Source of the DNA: Zootoca vivipara
Lineage: Eukaryota
NCBI RefSeq assembly: GCF_963506605.1
Contig: NC_083280.1
Coordinates: 84,878,001 to 84,942,000 of the forward strand
DNA: 64,000 bases
Direction: 5' to 3'
Of this stretch, positions 51,066 to 63,988 are shown piece after piece. The notes beneath the pieces were generated by a model that was not told where the DNA came from, searched no databases, and was given only the letters and a program-made list of their open reading frames with translations. Positions within the stretch are counted from its first letter, which is position 1; every line of letters starts with the position of its first letter. Position numbers and translations under genes: made by a program.

Positions 51066-51171
51066 GGAAAACATAGTGATGCAATCCCTATGAAGACAAG
51101 CAACGCTGCAGCACCAATGCTTAATTTGGAATAATTACTTGGTGGAGAGGGTGGGGCAGTTCTTTAACTTC

Positions 51172-51177
51172 AATAAA
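51172..51177 (+). terminator. Polyadenylation signal of the DUSP13B-like gene
   Basis: AATAAA 107 nt after the stop, followed by a T/GT-rich tract. Confidence 0.6.
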
Positions 51178-52699
51178 AATAGAAACCTGGACTGAAAGGA
51201 AATTTTCTGTTTGTTTTTGATTGCTGATATACAATTTGTAAAGGGATCACAAACTATTCTATTCTCTAAAGAAGTTTCCCATAATGGAGAAGTGGCCATT
51301 AAAAAACCCAACCATTTAGACATTAAAACAAAATCAAATGAGCCAAAGCTTTTAAAGGGTTTTTGTGAGCCAAAGCTTTTAAAGGGTTTTTGTGCATGCT
51401 TTTGTAGAAAACAATGTTTGTGTAGTGCTTCATGAACATTGTATAGTAATTTCTACAACCACTTAGAGGTCTTTAAGTTTGAGCAAGCAGTATTTAAAAT
51501 GCAAAACAATATATAAACAAATAAATGTAAAAATAAACAAGTCCTTTCCTGCAAACTCATCTTCTAATGCTGCAGTTGCAAATGTTGCTAGACTACAGAT
51601 TCCATCATCCCTGATCATTGGCCATGCCGGCCGAGACTGATGGGTATTGGAGTCAAACAACATTTGGATGGCTGCACATACCCCATCCTTGATCTAATAA
51701 CATAATCTGTTTTACAGTGTCATGTTTTTAGATAGCTATTCCCACCCTGAACCTATGACAGAGTGGATTGGCAATATGAAATATATATAATACAGTGAAA
51801 GTTAAGTTTAGTGCAATTTGAAATTAATCCACAATCCTAAATGAGATTTTGGCATGCGCTTAAGATTCCCACACACAAAATAAGGTGGCTTTAAAAGCAT
51901 AGGTACGTTCTCTTGATCCTGAAGTGCTTTCACCCCAGAAATTAGGGTCTGATTCTGAACAGAGTGCCACTTTGTTAGGCTGGAAATAATCCAGCTAAAA
52001 TCCATTAGGGGAAAAACAATCATTTGGTGGATAGGGTGGGAAAACAGAGGTGTTACGATTCTCTGCACCAGCAGATGTCAGTATAAATCCAGCGATTTAT
52101 AGGAATGAAAGCCCATAGATGACCTATAAAGGATCTCATTAATTATATTAACAGCTGTAGGCATTATTTACTTATTTCAAGGTGATCCCTCACTGGTTGG
52201 GCTGGCAACAGTTACGATTTTCATTGTGACATGAGCGAGCTCCTCCAAATTACTCCCTTACCCCCCCCCCCCCCGCAATTATTTAATGGCCATTTCAGCT
52301 TTGATGGTCACTGCACCTGTCCCCTTCTCTGACATAGCATGACACACATTTGCCACCTGCATCTGACTTCATAAAGGATTTGTGAGGTCATATCCTTGGC
52401 ATAAAATGTGGCATAGCAAGGAGCCCATAGTAACCTCACAGTTACAGAGCTGTCTCCTCTTTCGAAGCATTTGTAGCTTTGTTCTTAATCAAATATATGA
52501 CAGCAGACGGAGCATTTCTCTTTACCACCCCAGTTTCTGCTGGCATAAAAAAAATATGCAAGCCTTGCTATCTGTTCAGTTGCTTTCCCCACATCCTCTC
52601 ACCTGGGTAGCAGGAGTGGACTCTCAAATAGCCTAGGATGCCCTGATGACGCTAATAATTGATAGCTGAGAATCTGTTCAGATCTGGGCTCCTCTCCAT

Positions 52700-53035
52700 C
52701 GCTGGCCCAGCTGCCTGACACTCTGAAATGTTTGGGAGTCCGCTGGAAGAACACAGATCATGGTTTATAATTAACACAATTAAAAATAGCAATGGAATAA
52801 ACCGAATGCAGCAGGACAAGGGGAGCTGTTGTGTAACCAGCAGCCTGGGAGGAAACGCCAGAAGAGTTGTCATCATCTAAAACAGTCGAGTGCAGTCAGC
52901 GGACCTGAATCCCCCCCCCCCAAAGGCAAGTACTTTTAAGCTTGTTGACAAACTGCTACTCGCAAATTCAGTGCATGCATTGCGGGGTAACACAATGCTT
53001 TCAGGGCGGGAGCAGTCGGACAACTGCAGCTGTGT
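52700..53035. promoter_or_regulatory. Candidate skeletal-muscle enhancer
   Basis: CAGCTG 52708, TTATAATTAA 52765, MEF2 consensus TTAAAAATAG 52780, tandem E-boxes CAACTGCAGCTG 53021. Motif evidence only. Confidence 0.4.
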
Positions 53036-53290
53036 GCCATGCCGTGTTGTTTGTTGTGAAGGACGTTCAGATAGAGAGTTGGTTGTGGAGTTGCCACTTC
53101 GTCGCAATTTGGACCGCACAACATGCATCGGTGCAAGTATGTGGCAACCTGTCTGTGCAGAAGGGGAAATCCAGTGCAGGCTGTTTCAAGGGTGTCTTTT
53201 AAATACATATATGAAGAGAGAAACGCTTTAGCCAGGCTGATTTCCCCGTCCCCCCCCCAAGGTATGACCTTCTACATATGTATCTGGGAT

Positions 53291-53687
53291 CAGTGTTAGA
53301 AACCGAGATATGAGAGCTAGCAGCTAGACGGCACCTTAAAACCTAGGCTATGGGTGCAACAACAGAATATCTAGATGCACTTTTTTATATATAACAAGAA
53401 TACAAAGCTGAAAGTGAATGAACTGCAGCTAAAATATTATGTTCATTTTTCACATGGTCTAGTCCTTCCCCTGCCCACCCCCCAAATATTCTTAAAAGGG
53501 TCTCTTCTCCAGTCTTCAGAGTGTAGCTGGAAGTGGGGAGTCAGAAAAAGGTCCTCCTTTCCTTCCACTCTGCAGTTTTAATCTGAAATCTTAGGTGCAG
53601 TACTGCGCCCAGAGCTCAGAAAATGCTCACGCTAATGAAATTCCCCATCGCAAAATGCCTTTGGAATAATGGGAGTTTCTGAACACC
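53291..53687 (+). mobile_element. Non-autonomous hAT element (family of 5787/8082)
   Basis: CAGTGTTAGAAA...GAACAC; internal identity with the other copies. Confidence 0.85.
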
Positions 53688-55939
53688 CATTATTCCGACT
53701 GAAAAATCAGAGTGAAAAATGTGCATCCTTACAAACTTCAAATCCCTGATTTCAGCAGTGAGAGCACCTGGCAAATTGGTGCATACCTCGTTTATAGTTT
53801 CGTAACGGGAAGAGGGTTTCAAAACATTTTGTGAGAGCAGAGCAGGAACAGATTTTGTGGGACTTCTTGGGCAGTGACTGGCTGAGCTGCTCTAATGTCA
53901 AAGAGGGGCAGGGCGGGCAGTCATTGGCTGAACAGCTCAGATCCTAAAGATGGGTGGAGAAGGAATAAAAGTCTATGGAAAGAGGGGCATAGGAGGCGAG
54001 GAAAAGTGGGGGCAGGGGGATATATAACCAGCACGACCTGATAAGTTGGGAGGTTACTGAGAAAAGAAAGTTGCAGTAGGTGATGGTCTGGAAGAATAAG
54101 GACAGAGGTGAAAGGCTTGAGCGAAGAGTTGAGTTTGAGAGAGGAAGAACATCTCGGGTGGTGGTGGTAAAGAAATAAGAGAAATCCATAATGCTGCAGA
54201 GATGTAGGGAGCTGAAGTTCACGTGTTGATTTGAAACAAGTCCCATATTGGGCTTGTATTGCTTTAGTAGCATGCAAATTTCAGATGCAACCATTATGTC
54301 TTTTAAATGCACTGTTTGTGTTTGAGCATATTCCTAAATCTGGCAATTCACTTGGAATTTAAAAATCACATGTTGACACCCTGTTCTTCCATCTCAACTC
54401 TGAGATGTTTAGCAACAGATTGCTTGCCTGAAAAGCTGACATTTAAGAGCCGGAAAGATCCTTCACCCAAAATTTGCTTTAGCTCTTGGGGATTTTGTGT
54501 ATGTGTGTGTTTGAGAGGGCGAGAATATCTGATGTCGTATAGTGAATGTTCTCAAGCAAAATGGGATTTGCAGCGTTCAGTGAATTGCAACTTAGAAGGA
54601 AGCCCCACTTATGAATTCAATTAGACTCACTCGCAGGTGTTATATGATTGCATTTGTTTGCATCTTTACAAATGTTCTCCTACGGAGGAAATGGGCTATC
54701 TGTAAGTCTATTTAAACAGGAAAGATGTTAAGATATGATAAGCAAGATCATGAAACTCACACTAATTTCTAGTAAGTGTCAGCATGATGTTCACACTTAT
54801 GCAAGCATTTCACATCCTCCTCTGCTCAAGTTATCAAAGGGTTTATTTTTAGCAAGACATATTGGGGTTTGCAGGCTCACTCTGTACTTGACGTTCCTTG
54901 TCTCCAAAAAAGACGGCTTTGCGCTTCCCACTTCTTCAAATTGCTGAAAGTTTAAAGGGCCAGCTTTTACAGGATTCTGAGGATGACTCATGTTGCCATT
55001 TCTAATACCCTATTTCTTTACGAATATACATTGGCCAGGAGTTAGCAGGCAGACTCCTAGAGTGATCGTACTCATCTTTAAAACAGCTGCTGTTGTCCCC
55101 CAATAATAAAACACAGAGCTCCTGCAGCTACCTTCCCCCCAGGTAGCTGCATGGAACTTAATATTGTTTGTTTGCCTATTTAAGGTATAGCAAAAGCAGG
55201 AGATCAGGGCCCTGCGGGATTTGACATCTTTCCGCAGGGCCTGCAAGACGGAGCTGTTCCACCTGGCCTTTGGGCTGGACTCAGTCTAATCCCCCCCCCT
55301 CATTTATTTTTTGTTGGAACCCCTCATATGAGATTTTGTATATAAATTTTCCCTCTGCTCTTTCTGCTGGCCCATGGACCAGCATGGATAGTTGGCCCCG
55401 GTGAATACCGTATTTGACGTTTTCTCCCCTTATAGCTTTGATCTAGGCTACCACTAAAACGAGGCTGCATTTTAAGCTGTATTTTAAACTGTATTCTAAC
55501 TTATATTTTAACCAACTGTTTGTTTTTACTGTATTTATATTCAGTGTGAGCCACCCTGAGCCCGGTCTTGGCCGGGGAGGGCGGGGTATAAATAAATAAA
55601 ATATTATTTTTATAAAATTGGTTTCTTTGGCTCCCGCCCAAGCAGACAGGAGTCCTGTTCATGGATTGAGCTCAGTGGTAAGAGCATATGCTGCAATCGC
55701 TGGTCTCCAAATAAGGACTGAGAAAAAGGCCTTGCTGAAACCCTGGAGGCCAGACAAACAGCGTGTGAATGGAGCACACTGGTGTGTTTACTTGGATTGT
55801 GCTTTTGTCCTGCCTCTGATGTCAAACCTCCTTCCTCAAGCAGCCACAGGTTGTCTGCAGTTGCCTGAAGAAAAACTGCAGTTCATGAGCTCCTGACCAT
55901 GTGTACAGCCTCCACACAATTAGGATGCCTGCAGATAAA

Positions 55940-56310
55940 AAAGTAAAGAACCTCTGGACGGTTAAGACCAGTCAAAGGTGACTATGGGGTTGTGGCACTC
56001 ATCTCGCTTTCAGGCTGAGGGAGCCGGTGTTTGTCCACAGACAGCTTTCTGGGTCATGTGGCCAGCATGACTAAACCATTTCTGGCGCTACGGAACACCA
56101 TGACAGAAACCAGAGCGCACAGAAATGCCGTTTACCTTCTTGCCGCAGTTATTTATCTACTTGCACTGGTATGCTTTCAAAATGCTAGGTTGGCAAGAGC
56201 TGGGACAGAGCCATGGGAGCTCACCCCATCCTGTGGATTTGAACCACCGACCTTCTGATTGGCAAGCCCAAGAGGCTCAGTGGTTTAGACCACAGTGCCA
56301 TCCGCATTCC
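55940..56310 (-). mobile_element. Sauria SINE
   Basis: Full-length match to the other copies. Confidence 0.9.
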
Positions 56311-56649
56311 ATACCTGCACAACTGTGTGTCCCTATCACACAGAGCTCACACATTGGAGTTTTTCTTCACATAACTGCAGACAACTTGTTCTTTGAAACA
56401 GGAGATCTAACATCAAATGTGGGGCTAAAAGTGCACTCCACTCCAAGCAAACACAGTAATGCCCAACGTGTGAGAACTGGGCTTGTGTGTCTCAAACAGC
56501 AGCAGTTAGACATTACCCAGCATACAAAGACTACTATATTAGCATGGTTATATAGGAAACTTGTTTTAAAAACAGCAGCAGCAGCAACTCTTAGACAAAG
56601 GTAATTTTGCAAATTGCCTCTGAAAAAAAAACATGAATAGCAAATAAGC

Positions 56650-56957
56650 AGACCCTCCAAGTGTCCCTATTACCCAGGGACAGTCTTGAATCTACTGAAG
56701 CTGCCCCGGTTTCTGATTTGATCTTAGAATGTCCTGCTTTTCCTTAGGAGGTCCCTATTTTCATCAGGCAAATGTTGGAGGGTATGGAGTTATGTCACTC
56801 CCCGATCCAAGGAGATAAGTAACTATGCAACCTTTAGAAGACATCTGAAGGCAGCCCTGTATAGGGGAAGGTTTTAAATGTTTAATGCTTTCTTATGTTT
56901 TATATATGTTGGAAGCTGCCCAGAGTTGTTGGAGCAACCCAAGCAGATGGGTGGGGT

Positions 56958-57009
<52 letters not shown>

Positions 57010-57063
57010 GTTATTATGGAATAGGCCATCCCTATTTTCAGCCAAGAAATGTTGGAGGGTATG
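56650..57063 (+). mobile_element. Composite MITE carrying an L2 3' tail with an (AAC)n microsatellite
   Basis: accctccaagtgtccctat...aaatgttggagggtatg ends flank agaagacatctgaaggcagccctgt plus (AAC)n; reverse copy at 59071-59340; simple MITE copies at ~34140 and ~47730. Confidence 0.7.
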
Positions 57064-57697
57064 ACATAAGGCTGAGCCAAAAAGGCACGGTTCTTTTTGT
57101 GACCCATATTTGGTAGCTTCAAAAAGCACTGCCCCATTCAGTATCATTTGGGAACTTGGTGTGAAAGGGTGGGCAGAAGCATTTGCCCATGTGGTGATTT
57201 CAGAGTGAGGGTGATTAACTGCTGTAGCCTGAACCTCAAGCTTGGAGGTGGAGGAGGAGCTGGCCAAGTCTGGGGCTGCTGTACCACTGGCTGAGGAACC
57301 TGCAGCCCCCAAGGGATCCTGAGCCCTGAGCCCAAACTGTCTGAGGAGCAAAGTACTTTCCACTCCACCTTGCTTGCCCACAGGAAAGAGAAGTGCTTTC
57401 CTTCTGGATAGATAGGGGCTAGCCCTTTAAGGATGTACACTCTTCAGGCAGAGGGGTGGAGCTTAGGAGAGGGACTAGTGCAGACATACCCAAACTTCGG
57501 CTCTCCAAATGTTCTGGACTACAACCCCCATCTTCCCTGACCACTGGTCCTGTTAACTAGGGATCATGGGAGTTGTAGGCCAAAACATCTGGACTTTCTT
57601 GGAATTAGTTGCTCCCTTGGAGCTCTCCGTGGTGCTGCGACCATCAGCTTGCCTTTCAGAGAGAGACCTGCTGTAGGCAGAGAGAACATCTGTGCCT

Positions 57698-58020
57698 TGT
57701 TTGGCTAGGATCACCCATGTTGCCACATAAGCCAGATGTAATTGACAACATGGTATCATGATGTCATCACATTCGCTACAGGATCCCTGAGTGGTCGGGA
57801 TCACATAGCAAAGGAGAAAGAAGGCTGGCTAAGAGGAGGAAAGCTTGCCAAAGTAGCAGGAGCCTGAAAGCAGTTACTAAATCAGTGTTTCCCAAACTCC
57901 GGCTGTTTCTGGACTACAATTCCCATCATCCCCGACCACTGGTCCGGCTAGCTGGGGATGATGGGAGTTGTAGTCCAAAAGCAGCTGGAGACCTAAGTTT
58001 GGGAAACCCTGTCCTAAACA
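57698..58020 (+). repeat. Local direct duplication, copy 1 (copy 2 at ~60690-61065)
   Basis: catgttgccacataagcca...gtatcatgatgtcatca...ccctgagtgg...agcaaaggagaaagaa, followed by a MITE at the same junction in both copies. Confidence 0.8.
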
Positions 58021-59115
58021 AAGGCAAACTTTTACATTATTTGAGACATGTTGGGTTGCAAAATGTAGGCACTGTACACTCTGTAGAAATTAACCTTAAA
58101 TAATAACAATGCCCAGTGTTCATGTAGCATATTTAAAATGCCGACAGCACTTCACATTTTCTCAGTACTCCTTACAAGAACCCCAAAAGGTAGGGTAGTA
58201 TTATTATCCCACCCCCATTGCAGATGGGAAGTTGAGCCATCACCTAGAGATTTGAACCAGGGACTTCTGGGCTCCCACCCATAGCCACTACACCTGCCAG
58301 AGTCCTGAACTGCACATTGGCAAATCACCCTAAGCATTTATCACAGCTCTAGCCAAGACAAAAAAAGCTCCTCTTTATGATGGATTTGCAGGGTAGCTGC
58401 AGACGCCTCCTCCCTCTACCCTTAGCAATCCTCAGTTGCCTTGTGATATCTCCCGTCAGCTCTGCCCCTTGCCTTTCAGTACTCACCACCAACGCTGCCT
58501 TGCTTCTGCTTTTTGTTACATCTTTACCCTGCTGTTTCACTGTCTGTGTGATGCAGGAGGCAGAAGTCGCAAGTCCCAGAGCTGCCTTTTGAGATGCAGG
58601 TAATTATTATGTGCATCTGTTATTATGATCTTGGCTTCGCTAGGTGGAAGGCATGTTGCTGCCGCTGTTATAAATTTGCAGCCCTGCTTTTCTGAATTCC
58701 CTTTCCCTTGATACTGAGTGCTGACTGCTTCTAATTCCATCTTATTTTTTAAAAAAGATCACACACAGTCTTAATCGCTGCCACACAAGGCCTCCTAGTA
58801 AATATATTTCACAGGATTGAAATATAAAGGATTGGAGCAATTATTCAGAGAAAGCAAAATGCAAGTGGGGAGGAAGAAATCAAATGGCACTTCTGTTTCC
58901 TCCCACATTCCCTGTGAGTCTAAAGAGACAGACTGCTCAGGTTTTTTAGATTTACAGCAGAGAATTGCTTAACCACAACGATGGAAACCAAACCAAGAAT
59001 ATTTATAATCTAGCACAGTCTCTCTGTACTACTCCCACAATTCAAGTATTCACAAGTCCAGGAGGTATTACACACCCTCCATCATTTCACCAATGAAAAT
59101 AGGGATGTCCTATTC

Positions 59116-59162
<47 letters not shown>

Positions 59163-59347
59163 TAACAACAATCATCATCATCATCATCATCCACCCATTT
59201 TACCGGATTACCCTAGCCACTCTGGGCAGCATCCAACATATATAAAAACATAATAAAACCATACAGGGCTGCCTTCAGATGTCTTCTAAAGGTTGTATAC
59301 TCACTCATGTGACACCCCCCGAGCCTAGGAGATAAAGAGGTAACACA

Positions 59348-59581
59348 TTTGTTTCCAAAAAATTCTCATTTTCTAATTTTCTTGCCAAGTATCGAATATT
59401 CAGAGAATATTCCAGTACCAGTAATTTGGAGAAATGTTGGAGTTATATGACGCCCTTCCCCCCAAGCCAAGGAGATAACTCCATACCCTCCAGCATTTCT
59501 CCAAATTACTGGTACTGGAATATTCTCTGAATATTTGATAGTTGACAATATAATTAGAAAATGAGAATTTTTGGAAACAAA
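59348..59581. repeat. Long inverted repeat (~95-bp arms, 45-bp spacer)
   Basis: 59348-59442 is the reverse complement of 59488-59581 at roughly 90% identity by eye. Confidence 0.85.
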
Positions 59582-61352
59582 CACATTTTGGTTCTAGAAT
59601 CTATTTGACACCTCCCTGGTTTCCATCTCTAAGATGCCCCTGTCCACATCCATATAGTTCAGACAGTTTTGCAGCATTTCGGGGTAGCCAGGAACTTTCG
59701 ATTTCTGCCATACAAACTAGCCCCTTCAGCTTTTCTACCTTCCCTTGCAGGAGCCTCAGATATTCCTTTTCCCTGCCACATTGCTCGGACTAAACTCTCT
59801 TGCGGCCACATTTTCTTCCTTGCATCTCAGGGCTTGATAATGAATTATGTCTCTGGGAAGAGGCAGGTGGAGATTCCATCTATTTCACCGCATCGTTTAG
59901 CTTGCACTGCAAGGATGAACTAGCTGATCCCCAGTCCCTCTGGGCTGGCTTGACCTTTGTGCTAATTTGATTTATTATTTTTAGTGCATTATGCTACACT
60001 CAGCCTTCTCGGCTGTAGCAGGGGCTGTATGCTAATGATTTATGGGAGACATCTGGGATTCCATGGGCTAGCATACAGATTGTGTCACTGCTATCCGAGA
60101 AGCCTCCATTGATCCATCCCAAAAACCCAGCAAAGCAACAGAGTGTCAAATTCCAATCAGCTTCAGTTCACAAACTCTAATTGAACAGGTGGCTACAACT
60201 GTTCTGGAGTTGACCGTATCCCATCTTTTAAGAATAAAATCAGAAACAGACGAAATGCATTCGTCCTCATTTCCCACCAAAAGATGATCTCCATATTCTA
60301 TGCCTAACTAACAACAGCAGGGAGGAAAGTAATCTTTGCCACCTGCTCCAAAAGGGGTGGGGAAGCCGGAGTGCCTTGATTTTGAGATAAGATGTTTGGC
60401 CCTCCTTTGCCATAAAATAGTTGTCCAGGGGTGCATCTAAACACAGGGGAAAACTGTTAGAAATAAGTAAGAAATTAGATCATTTTAACCAAAAGAAAAA
60501 AAATCTCTATGGAAAATCATGCTTGGAAATTTCCTGCTCTCTGGTGCCATCTGGTGTTTCATGTATATAGCACATTAAAATCACTGTTTCTTTACTAATG
60601 TTAGCTGAGTCCCAGGCCCCATGTGGCTGACATAAGTTAGTGCTGCCACAGTCAATCAAAATTTTCATATTTGATTTCCCCTCCCCCCCTGGTTTGGCTA
60701 GGATGGCCCATGTGAAGAGTCCAGGAAGCCCCACCCTCCCTCTCAGCTGGAGTTTCATGTTGCCACATAAGCCATATGTGATTGGCTACATAGTATCATG
60801 ATGTCATCATATTCGCTACAGAATCCCTGAGTGGTTGGGATCACACAGCAAAGGAGAAAGAAAGCTGGCTAAGGGGAGGAAAGCTTGCTAAAATATCAGA
60901 AGCACAGCCTGAAAACAGATACTAAACCAGTGTTTCCCAAACTTGGGTCTCCGACAGTTTTTGGACTACAGTTCCTATCATCCCTGACCACTGGTCCTGG
61001 TAGCTAGGGATGATGGGAGTTGTAGTCCAACAACAGCTGGGGACCCAGGTTTGAGAAACACTTCTGAATCTAGTCCTTACTGCTTCCTCCATCAACACGT
61101 TGGAAAGACTGTTGCTCGCTATCCAGACATGGGAATAGGTTAAGGCTGAGAGAGATACTGGGTGGTCTTGCATCAACCAGTGAGCTTCATAACTGACTGG
61201 GGATTTGAACCCAGGTTCCACTGGCCCGAGTCTAACACACTTCCACATTGTCCTCCCCAGACCTTTTTGATACGCCCGATTGTGACCTTTGCAAATAGGC
61301 CATTGTTCTAGTGTTGAGGCTTAGCCAGACACTTTTACAATTGCATCCAAAG

Positions 61353-61603
61353 CAGGGGTCAGCAAACTTTTTCAGTAGGGAGCCGGTCCACTGTCCCTCA
61401 GACCTTGTGGGGGGCCAGACTATATTTTGAAAAAAATATATGAATGAATTCCTATGCCCCACAAATAACCTAGAGATGCATTTTAAATAAAAGGACACAT
61501 TCTACTCATGTAAAAACATGCTGATTCCCGGACCATCCGCGGGCCGGATTTAGAAGGTGATTGGGCCACATCTGGCCCCCGGGCCTTAGTTTGGGGACCC
61601 CTG
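61353..61603. mobile_element. hAT MITE
   Basis: CAGGGGTC...GACCCCTG with 8-bp TSD ATCCAAAG. Confidence 0.9.
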
Positions 61604-63652
61604 ATCCAAAGCAACGGGAGCAGCTCAACTCAATCTGCCCTGGGCTGCCCTGCAAAGGCACATGAACCGAGAAAGGCATTTATACGTTGTTCTCAGTGTG
61701 AGCCTCTGTAATTTCGTTTGACCTGAACTTGCTGCCAGATCAGCTGGCAGGCATTGTGGTAAGTTGGGCAATAAAATAAATAAATAGCATGCTGGGGGAT
61801 AGGGCAGTAAAAAGATTATGCAGTGTAGGGACAAATGAGGTCAACAGAAATAGCAACAGGAGTTGGCTTTAACCTTGATAGAATAGTCAGAAAGTCTCTT
61901 AAAAGACCGTGGTTCCTAGGGCAGCAGTAGAGAATCATTGGGACTCCAAATCCCATCAGTCCCAGCCAGCATAGCCAATAGTCAGGGATGATGGGAATGG
62001 TAGCTCAACAACACTGAGAAGGCTGCAAGTTCCCCACTGCTGCCCTGGGGACTCATAAACAACTACTTAATCAAACTACTTCTCAAACTTAATCCAGTCC
62101 AAAAGTCCATTCCAAAACCAAAGCGTTCCAAAACCAAGGCATGCTTTCCCATAGAAAGTAATGCAAAATGGATTAGTCCCTTCCAGACTTTTAAAAACAA
62201 CTCCTAAAACAGCAATTTAACATGAACTTTACTATCTATTGATCTATAAAATGAAAGCAATAAACAATGTACTGCAATCACACAATCAATCAATCAATCA
62301 GTAGCTGAACTGGGTTCCACACAGTCACAAAAACAAAACAAAAAAAGCCACAAAAACAAAAAAAACCCGCAAAATAAATAGCAAAAACAAACAGATTTCA
62401 GTTTCACACTTAAAACAGAAGTGTGGCACTCAAAACGAAAGCCTGGCACTCAAAAAGGAGCATATTTGGCTTCCGAAAAAAGTTCCCAAACTGGAACACT
62501 TACTTCCGGGTTTGCAGTGTTTGGGTTCCAAGTTGTTTGAGAACCAAGGCATTTGAGAACCAAGGTACCACTGTAGACTTCAAGACCGATGCCTTCTTTA
62601 AGAGGGTGGCTTTGCTGGAAGATCTATTTCATTGTCCCAAGTACAGACAGAAATAACCCTCCAGTGTCTTGCAAGGAACACAAATTGTTGACATGGTATT
62701 TTACAAGCATATTCAGAATCCTTGTGGGGAACACAGTAGCCATAAGACCTTGCTCCCCACTGGAGGGGATGGGACAGGATGGAGAGAGAAAAATTACTCA
62801 TTGCTAATAATATGCAATGGATAATTTAAAGCTGCGGTGCAGATAGATATGCCCTCAGAACGGCCAACTCTAGTTGGAAATGTGACCTTAAAGCAAACAG
62901 ATGTAATTTCTTGAGCGTTCCTGCTTACTTTGGCCCTGGGGTTCACTATAAAACTTGGATCCAAATTATGTCTGAGCATACTGCAGCAGGCATCTAGCCA
63001 AAAATATCTTGTTTGAATAGTTAGAACTGACTTCACAAGTTGGATTGAATCTAGTCCAAATACTTTTGCAAGCCTTTGCCCAACTTTCCTGGAACCCTGC
63101 TTCAACCAGTTTTGAACCACAATGGTTGAAGGAGCATATGTCTGAGAGATCAAGAGACAAAGAATAAGTTAAAAGTTGGCCTAAAATATCAGGCATATTA
63201 GAAGAAGTGTGAGTACAGTATACATTTTTGGGCAGACTTCATTAACAAACTGGTACAGCAGACCGATTTAAAAGATGAGAATAAGAAACTAAGAGAACCC
63301 AAAACTGGCAGATTCATCCAGAGGATTTATGATCAGCTCATATTTGGAAGAATTGCCTCAATCCAGGGACCATTTCCTTAAGAGAAAACCTACAGCTCCC
63401 TCTTCAGTGCTTCGCTAAGGAAAAGGAAAAGTCCTAGTGAGATATTTACCACTTTCTGCACCCAGCCAATCACAACCCACTCAGCTAGTTATAACAGCGG
63501 TCAAAAGTCAAGTTCATAAGTGGCTGGATGTACTCTTCCAAGCATACTGCCAGCATCCTCTGACTGCAATAAACTAATCTAGGCTGAAGCAACCAGAAGG
63601 GTCTAAGATATTATATAATTGTCCTCCATCCAATATAGCAACAATAAAAATA

Positions 63653-63988
63653 CAGTCATACCTCAGTTTAAGTACGCTTCGGTTTGAGTACTTTCAGTTT
63701 AAGTACTCCACGGACCCATCTGGAACAGATTAATCCACTTTCCATTACTTTCAATGGGAAAGTTCGCTTCAGGTTAAGTACGCTTCAGGTTAAGTACGGA
63801 CTTCCGGAACCAATTACACTCATACTTCGGGTTAAGTACGCTTCAGGTTGAGTACTCCGCGGACCGTCTGGAACGGATTAATCTACTTTCCATTACTTTT
63901 AATGGGAACGTTCGCTTCAGGTTAAGTACGCTTCAGGTTAAGTACAGACTTCTGGAACCAATTGTGTACTTTAACTGAGGTACCACTG
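63653..63988. mobile_element. Tc1/mariner (Tigger-like) MITE with internal tandem duplication
   Basis: TA|CAGTCATACCTCAGTT...AACTGAGGTACCACTG|TA; repeated cgcttcaggttaagta units. Confidence 0.85.

Noticed and set aside
51339-51392. 27-bp perfect tandem duplication (and a similar 19-bp repeat at ~9110-9150)
   Set aside because: Ordinary slippage-type microduplications in non-coding DNA.
56874-57381. Poly-Asn, poly-Cys and poly-Val ORFs
   Set aside because: Translations of an (AAC)n microsatellite inside a repeat.
63653-63988. Regularly repeated cgcttcaggttaagta units resembling a CRISPR-like array
   Set aside because: Internal subrepeats of a TA-flanked Tigger-like MITE; the spacers are not unique and the context is eukaryotic.
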